Assembly (NCBI RefSeq): GCF_015265235.1 | Contig: NZ_JABZYJ010000001.1 | DNA length: 63,068 nt | From: Selenomonas sp. | Lineage (GTDB): Bacteria > Bacillota > Negativicutes > Selenomonadales > Selenomonadaceae | Strand: one strand, 5' to 3' | In this document: positions 9,428-19,076 of the stretch, piece after piece | Position numbering within the stretch: the stretch's first letter is position 1 | How the letters are laid out: every line of letters begins with the position of its first letter | Notes under the pieces: model-generated | Told to the model about the DNA's origin: nothing | Seen by the model: only the letters and a program-made list of their open reading frames with translations | Databases searched by the model: none | Made by a program: the position numbers and the translations under genes

Positions 9428-10468
9428 ATGTTAGAGAAAATTGCTGCGACAGTCTTTGTCTTCGGACTGCTCGTCTTTGTGCACGAGTTGGGGCATTTTA
9501 TCACGGCAAAACTGACCGGGATGCGTGTGGATGAATTTGCCATCGGCTTTGGGCCGCGTCTGGTGCATTTTCGTTATGGAGAGACGGTCTATACGATCCG
9601 TCTGATTCCACTGGGGGGCTTCAATGATATTGCCGGCATGGCGGCAGATGACAACGATGCCGGTGATCGCGGCTATTGCCGCAAACCGATTCTCTCCCGC
9701 ATGATTGTGATTCTTGCTGGATCGGCGATGAATTTTATCCTGCCGATCATTCTTTTTTTCGGCATTTTTTTCTTTGCCGGGGTGCAGACGCCGAATTCTG
9801 CGCCTGTTCTTGGCAAGGTGCTTGCAGATAATCCTGCTGCACAGGCGGGGCTTATGGCGAACGACCGCATCATTGCGATTGATGGGAAGCCCATTGAGAC
9901 GTGGCAGGAGATGGTGGACGCCATTCGCACAAACCACGGAACGGTTCCGATGACGATGCAGGTGGAGCGCAATGATCAGGAGCTGACGGTCAGTGTGACC
10001 CCACATTATGATGCATCACAGCAGCGTGGATACATTGGCATTGTGAATGCCTATACCAGCACCTATCCTGGCTTCTTCCAGTCCATCTCGATGGCATTCG
10101 AGCGGACGGGGATGATTGTCGTGATGATGCTCGATGCGCTCTATCGGATCATTCTTGAGCTCTCTGGCTCGGAACTGGCGGGGCCGATCGGTGTGGCACA
10201 GATGGCGGGGGAAGTCGCGGAGATGGGCATTGTCCCGCTCCTCAATTTCGCTGCACTTCTCAGTCTCAATCTTGCGATCATCAATCTTCTTCCTGTACCG
10301 GCACTGGACGGAGGACACTTTCTAACGCTCTGTGTTGAGGCGGTGCGCGGTAAGCCGCTGAGTCCGAAGGTCATGCACTATATCCAAAATGCGGGTGTGG
10401 GGCTGATTATTCTGTTGATGCTGCTCGCGATGAAAAATGATGTCGTACGTATTTTTGCAGGAGGTTGA
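9428..10468 (+). CDS. rseP: RIP metalloprotease RseP/RasP
   Basis: HELGH, FAIGFGP, PDZ domain, NLLPVPALDGG. Confidence 0.96.
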   Translation: MLEKIAATVFVFGLLVFVHELGHFITAKLTGMRVDEFAIGFGPRLVHFRYGETVYTIRLIPLGGFNDIAGMAADDNDAGDRGYCRKPILSRMIVILAGSAMNFILPIILFFGIFFFAGVQTPNSAPVLGKVLADNPAAQAGLMANDRIIAIDGKPIETWQEMVDAIRTNHGTVPMTMQVERNDQELTVSVTPHYDASQQRGYIGIVNAYTSTYPGFFQSISMAFERTGMIVVMMLDALYRIILELSGSELAGPIGVAQMAGEVAEMGIVPLLNFAALLSLNLAIINLLPVPALDGGHFLTLCVEAVRGKPLSPKVMHYIQNAGVGLIILLMLLAMKNDVVRIFAGG

Positions 10469-10476
10469 CCCGCGTC

Positions 10477-11556
10477 ATGTCAACATTTGAGCGCCGCCGC
10501 ACGCGGCAGATTCATATTGGGAATATCCCCATCGGGGGCGGTGCACCGATCTCCGTGCAGTCCATGTGCAACACGAAGACGACGGATACGGAGGCGACGG
10601 TAAGGCAAATCCGCGAGCTGGCGGCGGCAGGTTGTGATATCGTACGCCTCGCTGTGCCAGATATGGAGGCGGCAAAGAACCTCGGCAATATCATTCGCCA
10701 GGTGAAAACTCCGCTCGTCGCCGATATCCACTTTGACTACAAGCTCGCGCTTGAGGCGATGACACAGGGAATTGCGGCTCTGCGCATCAATCCCGGCAAT
10801 ATCGGTGGTACGGAGCGCGTGAAAAAGGTCGTCGCGGCGGCACGTGAGGGGGGAATCCCCATCCGTATCGGCGTGAATGCCGGCTCACTCGACCATAAAA
10901 TGCTCAAGAAGTATGGCGGTGTCACGACAGAAGCCTTGGTTGAATCCGCCATGGAACACGTGCGCATTCTGGAGGAGCTGGATTTTCATGACATGAAGAT
11001 TTCGCTCAAGGCGCATGATGTTCCGCTGACACTTGCGGCGTATCGTCTGATGAGTGAGCGTACGGATTACCCGCTGCATCTAGGCATCCCGGAGGCGGGC
11101 ACGGCGGGGACGGGGATCATCAAGTCTGCTGTCGGCGTCGGAGCTCTTCTCGCCGAGGGAATTGGTGACACGATACGCATCTCGCTGACGGGAGATCCTG
11201 TCGTTGAAGTCCGTACGGCAAATGAGATTCTGAAGGCGCTCGGGCTGAAGGAGTATGGGCCAACGCTCGTCGCTTGTCCTACGTGCGGGCGGACGAGCAT
11301 CGACCTTGCATCCATCGCGGAGAAGGTCGAGGAACGTTTGCGCGGCATGGAGGATCCCATCGAGGTGGCTGTGATGGGCTGTGTTGTCAATGGTCCCGGT
11401 GAGGCACGCGGTGCGGATGTCGGTATTGCCGGCGGGAATGGCGAGGGCCTGATCTTTCGCAAGGGAGAGGTCATTCGTAAGGTAAAGGAAGAAGAACTGC
11501 TGCCCGAACTCTTTCGGGAGATTGATGCGATATTGGAGGAACGGAAACAGTCATGA
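10477..11556 (+). CDS. ispG: HMBPP synthase IspG (GcpE)
   Basis: SVQSM, ADIHF, RINPGNIG, RIGVNAGSL, GDTIRISL, CPTCGR, MGCVVNGPGE; ATG 10477 preferred over TTG 10465. Confidence 0.97.
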   Translation: MSTFERRRTRQIHIGNIPIGGGAPISVQSMCNTKTTDTEATVRQIRELAAAGCDIVRLAVPDMEAAKNLGNIIRQVKTPLVADIHFDYKLALEAMTQGIAALRINPGNIGGTERVKKVVAAAREGGIPIRIGVNAGSLDHKMLKKYGGVTTEALVESAMEHVRILEELDFHDMKISLKAHDVPLTLAAYRLMSERTDYPLHLGIPEAGTAGTGIIKSAVGVGALLAEGIGDTIRISLTGDPVVEVRTANEILKALGLKEYGPTLVACPTCGRTSIDLASIAEKVEERLRGMEDPIEVAVMGCVVNGPGEARGADVGIAGGNGEGLIFRKGEVIRKVKEEELLPELFREIDAILEERKQS

Positions 11557-13262
11557 GAGCAACGAATCTGTACGCGCCTACCCTTAGAAATACGCCTGCG
11601 GAGGCGGAGATTGCGAGCCATCAGCTCATGTACCGAGCGGGTCTCATTCGCAAGTCTGCCGGCGGGATGTACACCTATCTGCCGCTCGCATGGCGCACCA
11701 TCCGAAAGATTGAGCAGATCATCCGTGAGGAGATGGATGCCGCGGGCGGGCAGGAGATCATGATGCCAATCCTGCAGCCGTCCGAACTCTGGGAGGAGAG
11801 CGGCCGCTGGGGGGCATACGGCGCGGAGATGATCCGCGTGAAGGATCGTCATGGCCGCGAGTTCTGCATGGGGCCGACCCATGAGGAGATGATTACGGCA
11901 CTCGTGCGCGATGAGGTGCGCTCGTACAAGCAGCTCCCACTCATGCTCTATCAGATTCAGGACAAGTTCCGTGATGAGCGCCGCCCACGTTTTGGGGTGA
12001 TGCGCAGCCGTGAGTTCATCATGAAGGATCTCTATTCCTTTGACAAGGACATCGCGGGGATGAACGAGTCCTATCGCAAGATGTCCGTGGCCTACACGAA
12101 TATTTTCACGCGCTGCGGATTGAACTTCCGTGCGGTGGAGGCCGACAGCGGTGCGATCGGCGGCGGGCACTCCGAGGAGTTTACTGTTCTTGCTCCTGAG
12201 GGGGAGTCGCGTATTGCCTGCTGTGATGCGTGCAGCTATGCTGCGAGTGACGAGAAGGCGGCACTGCGTCCCATCGATGCCGCTGCGGAGGAAGCACTGC
12301 CGCTTGAGAAGGTGGCAACGCCCGATGCTCATACGATTGCCATGCTTGCTGAGTATCTCAGGATTCCTGTCGAGAAGACGATCAAGGCGGTTGCCTATCA
12401 GACCGAGGAGGATGTACTTATCCTCGCATTTCTGCGCGGCGACCACGAGGTCAATGAGGTGAAGCTTGCGAATGCCGTTGGTGCGCAGGAGCTTCGCATG
12501 GCGGATGATGCGGCCATCCGCGCAGCAGGCGGATGCCCGGGCTTTATGAGCCCCATTGGCATCAAAGAGGGCACGTGTATCGTGGTTGATGAGACGGCAA
12601 TGCGGATGCACAATGCGGTCTCTGGCGCAAATGAACAGGACTTTCACTATATCAACGTCAACCCGAAGCGTGACTTTGGGGAAGTGACTGTGACGGATAT
12701 TCGCCTTGTTGCGGAGGGCGATCTGTGCCCTGCCTGCGGCGCTGGACATCTTCACATTGGCCGCGGCATTGAGGCAGGACAGATCTTTGCGCTCGGCACG
12801 AAGTACAGTGAGGCGATGGGGGCGACTTTCCTCGATGAGGCGGGGAAGACGCAGCCCCTGCAGATGGGCTGTTATGGCATCGGTGTCGGGCGCACGATGG
12901 CGGCGGCAATCGAGCAGAATCACGATGAGCATGGCATCATTTGGCCGCGTGCAATAGCGCCGTATGAGGTCGTCGTCGTGGCGGTAAACGCTAAGGCGGA
13001 GGAGCAGCTCACATACGCCGAGGAGATTTACGAGGAGCTGCGTGCTGCAGGTGTCGATGTACTGCTCGACGACCGTCGTGAGCGTGCGGGCGTGAAGTTC
13101 AACGATTGTGACCTCATCGGTTATCCTGTGCGTATTGCGATCGGACCAAAGACCATAGAAAATGGAACGATTGAGGTGAAGATCCGCAAATCCGGTGAAC
13201 TCGTGAACTTTGCACGGGATACCTATCTGAAGGGTGTGCAGGATATGCTGGCAGCACTTTAA
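11553..13262 (+). CDS. proS: Proline--tRNA ligase with INS editing domain
   Basis: GPTHEE, KFRDERRPRFG.MRSREF, MGCYGIG, anticodon-binding domain. Confidence 0.98.
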   Translation: MRATNLYAPTLRNTPAEAEIASHQLMYRAGLIRKSAGGMYTYLPLAWRTIRKIEQIIREEMDAAGGQEIMMPILQPSELWEESGRWGAYGAEMIRVKDRHGREFCMGPTHEEMITALVRDEVRSYKQLPLMLYQIQDKFRDERRPRFGVMRSREFIMKDLYSFDKDIAGMNESYRKMSVAYTNIFTRCGLNFRAVEADSGAIGGGHSEEFTVLAPEGESRIACCDACSYAASDEKAALRPIDAAAEEALPLEKVATPDAHTIAMLAEYLRIPVEKTIKAVAYQTEEDVLILAFLRGDHEVNEVKLANAVGAQELRMADDAAIRAAGGCPGFMSPIGIKEGTCIVVDETAMRMHNAVSGANEQDFHYINVNPKRDFGEVTVTDIRLVAEGDLCPACGAGHLHIGRGIEAGQIFALGTKYSEAMGATFLDEAGKTQPLQMGCYGIGVGRTMAAAIEQNHDEHGIIWPRAIAPYEVVVVAVNAKAEEQLTYAEEIYEELRAAGVDVLLDDRRERAGVKFNDCDLIGYPVRIAIGPKTIENGTIEVKIRKSGELVNFARDTYLKGVQDMLAAL

Positions 13263-13289
13263 TGTCGCTTCAAGGAAAGGGAGGGAACT

Positions 13290-14681
13290 GTGGCAAAGGC
13301 ATATCCAGGAGTAATTCTTCGCGTGCCGGAGGGGAGCCTTGCCGATGAGCTGGGGCTTGTGGCGGGGGATAAGATCCTTGCGATCAACGATATGCTGCTG
13401 CGCGATATTATTGACGTCAGTTTTGCGATGGCGGACGAGGAGATTGAGCTTCTCGTTGAACATACCGATGGGACGCAGGAGTGCATTGCATTTGACAAGG
13501 ACTATGACGAGGAACTCGGCGTAGAGTTTGAGAGCGCCGTATTCGATGGGATTCGTGCATGTGCGAATCACTGCTATTTCTGCTTTGTCGATATGATTGC
13601 CCCGCACATGCGTCACAGTCTTTCCGTAAAGGACGACGATTACCGCCTGTCCTTTCTCTATGGGAATTTTGTGACACTGACCAACATGGGGGAGGCAGAT
13701 TACGCGCGTATTGCACGGCTGCATCTCTCCCCTCTCTATGTATCGGTGCAGTGTACGAATCCCGTCCTGCGTGCAGAGATGCTGCGCTGTTCGTGGGCGG
13801 GGGATATTCTCGGACAGCTTGCGCGGCTCGAAGCGGCGGGCGTGGAGTATCATACGCAGGTGGTGCTCTGTGCAGGGTTGAACGATGGAGAGGAGCTGGA
13901 GCGGACGATTCGCGACATTACGGCGCGGCGTCCTCATGCTCTCTCACTCGCCATCGTGCCCGTTGGGCTGACAAAACATCGAACGGATCCGTTCCCGCTC
14001 GTTCAGTTTGATCGGGACGGTGCGGCGCGCGTGATCGACCAGGTTGAGCCGTGGCAGGAAAAAATGCGCGCGGAAGAAGGGCGTACCTTCATTTACCTAG
14101 CCGATGAATTTTATTTTCTGGCAGGACGCGAGGTTCCGCCTGCCACGATGTACGATGGTTTTCCGCAGCTCGACAATGGGATTGGGCTGACGCGCAGCTT
14201 CATCGGGGAGTGGGATGCGGCAAAGGAGTGCGGAGCTGCATGTGGAGATCGCCTCGCTGTCGTGAGCGGAACGGCGGTTGCTCCCGTTCTTGCAGAAAAG
14301 GCGCGGGAGCTTGATCCTCTGGAGCAGAATATTTTCGTCTTGCCCGTTGAAAATCGTCATTTCGGTGCGATGGTCAATGTGTCGGGCCTCCTCATCGGTG
14401 CAGATATTGCAGCGACCCTGCGGGAGATGCCCCAGACGGTTGACGGTGTACTCATTCCCGCATCGGCATTGCGTGAGGGCGAGGATATTTTTCTGGATGA
14501 TATGACCCTTGATGCCCTGCGGGCGGAATTTCCTGCCCTTCGCATCGAGCCGGTGGCGACGGGGGCGGACTACTATGCGGCACTTTCGGACTGGGGACAT
14601 TATCATCGCACGCGTGCGAGCGGTGGTTATACGTGGCAGAGCAATGCGGGCTATACAAAGCCTGTGGCAGGAAATCGCTGA
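13290..14681 (+). CDS. DUF512 family protein (PDZ plus radical-SAM-like Fe-S domain)
   Basis: N-terminal PDZ-like GD.ILAIN, CANHCYFCF (CxxxCxxC), KDDDYRLSFLYGNF, FPQLDNGIG; usual neighbour of der. Confidence 0.9.
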   Translation: MAKAYPGVILRVPEGSLADELGLVAGDKILAINDMLLRDIIDVSFAMADEEIELLVEHTDGTQECIAFDKDYDEELGVEFESAVFDGIRACANHCYFCFVDMIAPHMRHSLSVKDDDYRLSFLYGNFVTLTNMGEADYARIARLHLSPLYVSVQCTNPVLRAEMLRCSWAGDILGQLARLEAAGVEYHTQVVLCAGLNDGEELERTIRDITARRPHALSLAIVPVGLTKHRTDPFPLVQFDRDGAARVIDQVEPWQEKMRAEEGRTFIYLADEFYFLAGREVPPATMYDGFPQLDNGIGLTRSFIGEWDAAKECGAACGDRLAVVSGTAVAPVLAEKARELDPLEQNIFVLPVENRHFGAMVNVSGLLIGADIAATLREMPQTVDGVLIPASALREGEDIFLDDMTLDALRAEFPALRIEPVATGADYYAALSDWGHYHRTRASGGYTWQSNAGYTKPVAGNR

Positions 14682-14707
14682 GGATGCAGGGAGAGGAGTG
14701 AAGGATC

Positions 14708-16036
14708 ATGAGCAAACCCATTGTGGCAGTGGTCGGACGCCCCAATGTCGGGAAGTCAACGCTGTTCAATCAGATCGGCAAGAAGCGTGTCTCCATTGTC
14801 GACGATATGCCGGGCGTGACGCGTGACCGCATCTATCTGGATGCGGAGTGGCTGAACCATGAGTTTACGATCATTGACACCGGCGGCATCGAGTTCGATG
14901 AGAGTGACCATATATTGCGTTCGATGCGTTCTCAGGCAGAGCTGGCAATGGAGGAGGCAGATGTCATCCTCTTTCTCGTCGATGGGCGGGCAGGACTGAC
15001 AACTTCGGATGAGGAGGTCGCGCGGCTTCTGCGGCGGACGAAAAAACCTGTGATTCTGGCGGTCAACAAGATCGATAGCTTTGAGCGTGAAGCACTGATT
15101 TACGATTTCTATTCGCTTGGGCTCGGTGACCCGATTCCCATCTCTGCCTCCAATGCGATGAATCTCGGCGATCTGCTGGATGCCGTTGTCGCAGCGTTCC
15201 CAGCAGAGCCGGCGGAGGCACAGGAGACGGATGAGATCGCTATTGCCGTCGTTGGCCGTCCCAATGTCGGCAAATCCTCGCTCGTGAATCGTCTGCTCGG
15301 TGAGGAGCGGGTCATCGTCAGTGATGTGCCGGGGACGACCCGCGATGCGATTGACACACATTTTACCAAAGACGGAGCAAAGTATCTCCTCATTGATACG
15401 GCAGGGATGCGGCGCAAGGGCAAGATCACACTGCCTGTGGAGCGGTACAGCGTGATGCGCTCCCTGCGTGCGATCGACCGCGCGGGGGTCGTCCTCATGG
15501 TCATCAACGCCGCCGAGGGGATTCTGGAACAGGATACGAAGATCGCGGGCTATGTGCACGAGTCGGGCAAGGGCGTCATCATCGTCGTGAATAAATGGGA
15601 TATTTTCCCGGAGAAGAACGACAAGTCGACGCTGCGCTTTACGGATGATCTGCGCGAAAAGCTCGGCTTTCTCCAGTATGCCCCTGTCCTCTATACATCG
15701 GCACTGACAGGACAGCGCGTGGAGCGTGTGACGGAGCTCGTGAAATATGTGGCGGAGCAGCAGTCGATGCGCATCAAGACGAGTGTGCTCAATGAGCTGA
15801 TCCGCGATGCGGTATCGGTCAATCCGCCGCCGACGAAGAAGGGGAAGCAGCTCAAGATTCTGTTTGTCACGCAGGTGAGCATTGTTCCGCCGACGTTCAT
15901 TATTTTCGTCAATGACCCCGAACTCATGCACTTCTCCTATCTGCGCTTTATCGAAAATCGTCTGCGCGAGAGCTTCGGCTTCGAGGGAACACCAATCCGC
16001 CTCGTGGTGCGCGCGCGCAAGGAGGAAGAACAATGA
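14708..16036 (+). CDS. der: Ribosome biogenesis GTPase Der (EngA)
   Basis: Two GRPNVGKS G-domains, DTGG/DTAG, KH-like C-terminus. Confidence 0.98.
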   Translation: MSKPIVAVVGRPNVGKSTLFNQIGKKRVSIVDDMPGVTRDRIYLDAEWLNHEFTIIDTGGIEFDESDHILRSMRSQAELAMEEADVILFLVDGRAGLTTSDEEVARLLRRTKKPVILAVNKIDSFEREALIYDFYSLGLGDPIPISASNAMNLGDLLDAVVAAFPAEPAEAQETDEIAIAVVGRPNVGKSSLVNRLLGEERVIVSDVPGTTRDAIDTHFTKDGAKYLLIDTAGMRRKGKITLPVERYSVMRSLRAIDRAGVVLMVINAAEGILEQDTKIAGYVHESGKGVIIVVNKWDIFPEKNDKSTLRFTDDLREKLGFLQYAPVLYTSALTGQRVERVTELVKYVAEQQSMRIKTSVLNELIRDAVSVNPPPTKKGKQLKILFVTQVSIVPPTFIIFVNDPELMHFSYLRFIENRLRESFGFEGTPIRLVVRARKEEEQ

Positions 16037-16611
16037 TGTATCTCGCCGCAGCCATCGCCGCCTATCTCATTGGATCGATTCCGAGTGGGCTGATTCTTGG
16101 AAAACTGATCTGGCATAAGGATCTGCGCGACTATGGCAGCCACAATATCGGTGCGACGAATGCGTGGCGCACGCTCGGAAAGGGCGCGGGTATTGCCGTA
16201 TTTGTTGCGGACAGTCTGAAAGGGCAGGCGGGTGTTATGCTTGGACTGCTCCTTATCGGTACGCCCCTCGCTGCCGTCATCGGAGGTTTGTGTGCCATTC
16301 TCGGACATAGCTTTTCGCTCTTTCTCCGCTTTCACGGCGGCAAAGGCGTTGCGACTTCGCTTGGCGTTCTGACGATGCTGATGGGGCAGGTGACGTTTAT
16401 CATTTTTGTCATCTGGCTGACGATCGTCTATGTGTCACGCTATGTTTCCCTCGGCTCTGTTGTCGCAGCATTTCTTGCGCCGTTCCTTGCGGCACTTTAC
16501 GGTTATCCGACAGAGTATGTTCTCTTTACGGCCGTGGCGGCGATCCTCGTCATTCTCCGTCACCGTGAGAACATCGGACGGCTGATGCACGGGACAGAAA
16601 ATAAAATCTGA
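16033..16611 (+). CDS. plsY: Glycerol-3-phosphate acyltransferase PlsY
   Basis: GSIPSG, GSHNIGATN, GGKGVAT, RHRENI.RL..G.E. Confidence 0.97.
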   Translation: MMYLAAAIAAYLIGSIPSGLILGKLIWHKDLRDYGSHNIGATNAWRTLGKGAGIAVFVADSLKGQAGVMLGLLLIGTPLAAVIGGLCAILGHSFSLFLRFHGGKGVATSLGVLTMLMGQVTFIIFVIWLTIVYVSRYVSLGSVVAAFLAPFLAALYGYPTEYVLFTAVAAILVILRHRENIGRLMHGTENKI

Positions 16612-16701
16612 CGCACGGTTTGTGATACTGGGCGTGTATGGTATGATATACTTGGACTGAAATAGTGCATCGGCAGCAGTGGTCAGGGAGGATGGGATTC
16701 T

Positions 16702-18003
16702 GTGAATACAGTCAAGATAGCTCTTTTGGGTGCGGGGACAGTCGGCTCCGGCGTTATCCGCACCCTGTCTATGAACGGGGAGACGATCGCAGGGCGCTGC
16801 GGCGCACGCATCGAGATCAAGAAGATTCTTGTCCGCGATGCGAAGAAATACCGCCCGGAGGCAGAGGGGATTGCCCTCACGGACAACTTTGAGGAGATCC
16901 TGAATGACCCGGAGATCTCGATCGTCGTCGAGGTGATGGGCGGGCTCATGCCGGCAAAGGACTACATGCTGCGTGCCATGCGTGCGGGAAAACACGTGGT
17001 CACCGCCAACAAGGATGTCATTGCCGAACATCTGCGGGAACTCTATGGTGCAGCGGATGAGCATCACGTTGATTTCCTCTATGAGGGCAGTGTCGGCGGC
17101 GGCATCCCGATCATCAAGCCGCTGAAGGAGTGCCTGACAGCAAATGAGATCTCCGAGGTCATGGGTGTCATCAACGGAACGACGAATTACATGCTGACGA
17201 AGATGACGGAGAAGCATATCAGCTATGATGCCGTACTGCGCCGTGCGCAGGAAAAAGGCTATGCTGAGGCGAATCCGTCGGCGGATGTGGACGGACTGGA
17301 TGCCGCGCGCAAGGCGGCGATTCTGGCGTCACTCGCCTTTGATACCATCGTCGAGTTCGAGGATGTCTCTGTTGAGGGAATCTCACATATTACGGAAGAC
17401 GATATTGAGTATGGCCTGAACCTTGGCTACGTTATCAAACTTCTTGCAGTGGGACGCAATACGGAGGAGGGGATCGATGTTCGTGTGCATCCCGTGTTCC
17501 TCCCGAAGACACATCCGCTCGCTTCAATCAACGGCGTGTTCAATGCGGTCTTTGTACGCGGCAATGTGATCGGCGAAGCGATGTTCTACGGTCGCGGTGC
17601 AGGCTCGCTTCCGACGGCATCCGCTGTGGTCGCGGACGTTATTGAGGTCACGCGCGACATTGTCGCAGGGACAACGGGGCGCATGAAGTATCGGATCGGC
17701 ACGAAGAAAAAGCTCTGTCCTGTGGAGAAGACGCACTCCTCTTATTATCTGCGGCTCGTTGTCGCTGATGAGCCGGGCGTGCTCGGTGAGATCGCCACGA
17801 CATTTGGACGTGCGGGGGTTAGCCTTCGATCCGTCATTCAGGCGAGATCGACGGTGAGTGGTGACGCGGAGATCGTCGCTGTGACGCATGTCGTGACACA
17901 TGCGGATGCCTCTGCCGCTGCTGCAGCGCTGCAGGCACTTCCTGTCGTACGCGAGGTGCGCAGCCTGATCCGGGTGGCAGACGGGCAGGAGGATACGATA
18001 TGA
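16702..18003 (+). CDS. hom: Homoserine dehydrogenase with ACT domain
   Basis: GAGTVG, VVTANK, GGGIP, NGTTNY, GYAEANPSADVDG.DAARK, C-terminal ACT; adjacent to thrB. Confidence 0.96.
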   Translation: MNTVKIALLGAGTVGSGVIRTLSMNGETIAGRCGARIEIKKILVRDAKKYRPEAEGIALTDNFEEILNDPEISIVVEVMGGLMPAKDYMLRAMRAGKHVVTANKDVIAEHLRELYGAADEHHVDFLYEGSVGGGIPIIKPLKECLTANEISEVMGVINGTTNYMLTKMTEKHISYDAVLRRAQEKGYAEANPSADVDGLDAARKAAILASLAFDTIVEFEDVSVEGISHITEDDIEYGLNLGYVIKLLAVGRNTEEGIDVRVHPVFLPKTHPLASINGVFNAVFVRGNVIGEAMFYGRGAGSLPTASAVVADVIEVTRDIVAGTTGRMKYRIGTKKKLCPVEKTHSSYYLRLVVADEPGVLGEIATTFGRAGVSLRSVIQARSTVSGDAEIVAVTHVVTHADASAAAAALQALPVVREVRSLIRVADGQEDTI

Positions 18004-18950
18004 CAGAGCGCAGTGTACGCGTGCGTGTCCCTGCGACGAGTGCGAATCTCGGTCCCGGATTTGATGCACTCGGTCTTGCCTGTACGCTGTATAACGAAAT
18101 GACCCTGACACTGACGCACGAGCCCGGGCTGTCGATCGCGGCACGTGGTGAGGGCGCTGCTTACATTCCGGGAGATGAGCGCAATATCGTCTGGAAGTCC
18201 ATCCGCTATCTCTTGGAGAAAGCGGGGCGTGCGGAGGAATTTCGCGGCGCACAGATTCGTATGAGCAACCGTATTCCGCTCTCGCGTGGGCTTGGCAGCA
18301 GTGCGACAGCGATTGTCGCAGGACTGACAGCAGCGAATGCGCTCATTGGCAGTCCGTTTGACCGCCATGCTCTGCTGCAGTTCGCGACGGCCATTGAAGG
18401 GCATCCGGACAATGTGGCACCCGCGATCTATGGTGGCTTTACGGTAAATACCGTGACGGATGGAACGGTGGAATGCTTTTCCTTCCTGCCGCGTATCTTC
18501 CTCCGATTCGTCGTCATGGTGCCGGACTTTTATCTCTCGACGAAGTCGGCACGTGAGGTGCTCCCTGCCGAGGTGCCGATGAAGGATGCTGTCTTTAACA
18601 TCAGCCATGCAGCCATGCTTGTGGCGGCTCTGTCGCGCGGATCTGAGAAGCATCTGGACAACGCCTTTGCGGATGCACTGCATCAAAACTACCGTGCGCC
18701 GCTTATCCCGGGGATGTTTGATGTCTTTGCCGCTGCGAAGAAGGCGGGGGCATGCGGCGCGGCGCTCAGCGGAGCGGGCCCTTGTCTCATCGCCTTTGTT
18801 CCGGAGAAACGGAACTGCACCGAGGATGTCGCCCATGCGATGCGCGAGGCGTTTCGTTCGCACGAGATCAAGGCACGCCCCCTGCAGCTCCGTCTCGATA
18901 CGAAGGGAGCGCACGTTCTCCATCGCAGGAATACGAATGTAAAATCATAG
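18000..18950 (+). CDS. thrB: Homoserine kinase
   Basis: PATSANLGPGFD, PLSRGLGSS, EGHPDN, SGAGP. Confidence 0.97.
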   Translation: MTERSVRVRVPATSANLGPGFDALGLACTLYNEMTLTLTHEPGLSIAARGEGAAYIPGDERNIVWKSIRYLLEKAGRAEEFRGAQIRMSNRIPLSRGLGSSATAIVAGLTAANALIGSPFDRHALLQFATAIEGHPDNVAPAIYGGFTVNTVTDGTVECFSFLPRIFLRFVVMVPDFYLSTKSAREVLPAEVPMKDAVFNISHAAMLVAALSRGSEKHLDNAFADALHQNYRAPLIPGMFDVFAAAKKAGACGAALSGAGPCLIAFVPEKRNCTEDVAHAMREAFRSHEIKARPLQLRLDTKGAHVLHRRNTNVKS

Positions 18951-18953
18951 GAT

Positions 18954-19001
18954 ATGCCCCCACTCCATGTACCATAGAGGAAGTGGGGGTATCATCTTTT
19001 T
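18954..19001 (+). terminator. Intrinsic terminator after thrB
   Basis: ATGCCCCCACT / AGTGGGGGTAT stem followed by a T-rich tail. Confidence 0.7.
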
Positions 19002-19010
19002 AAGAAAGTG

Positions 19011-19049
19011 CTTGCAAAAATATACATAAAAGATGTATAATCATAAACA
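19011..19049 (+). promoter_or_regulatory. arg operon promoter overlapped by tandem ARG boxes (ArgR operator)
   Basis: TTGCAA-18 bp-TATAAT; cores TGCAAAAATATACA (19013-19026) and TGTATAATCATAAA (19034-19047), each one mismatch from TGNAT-N4-ATNCA and offset by 21 bp. Confidence 0.75.
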
Positions 19050-19076
19050 TCTTTTCAGGGAGATGGAGGAACCGTC

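Noticed and set aside
11067..13937. 956-aa minus-strand ORF and other long antisense ORFs (e.g. 1822-3135, 14756-16033, 22068-23510, 32079-33098)
   Set aside because: They overlap well-conserved genes on the opposite strand and show no recognisable motifs; typical stop-poor shadows of biased codon usage
16702..18003. hom as a DXR-II replacement for the missing dxr
   Set aside because: It has canonical homoserine dehydrogenase motifs, an ACT domain and overlaps thrB
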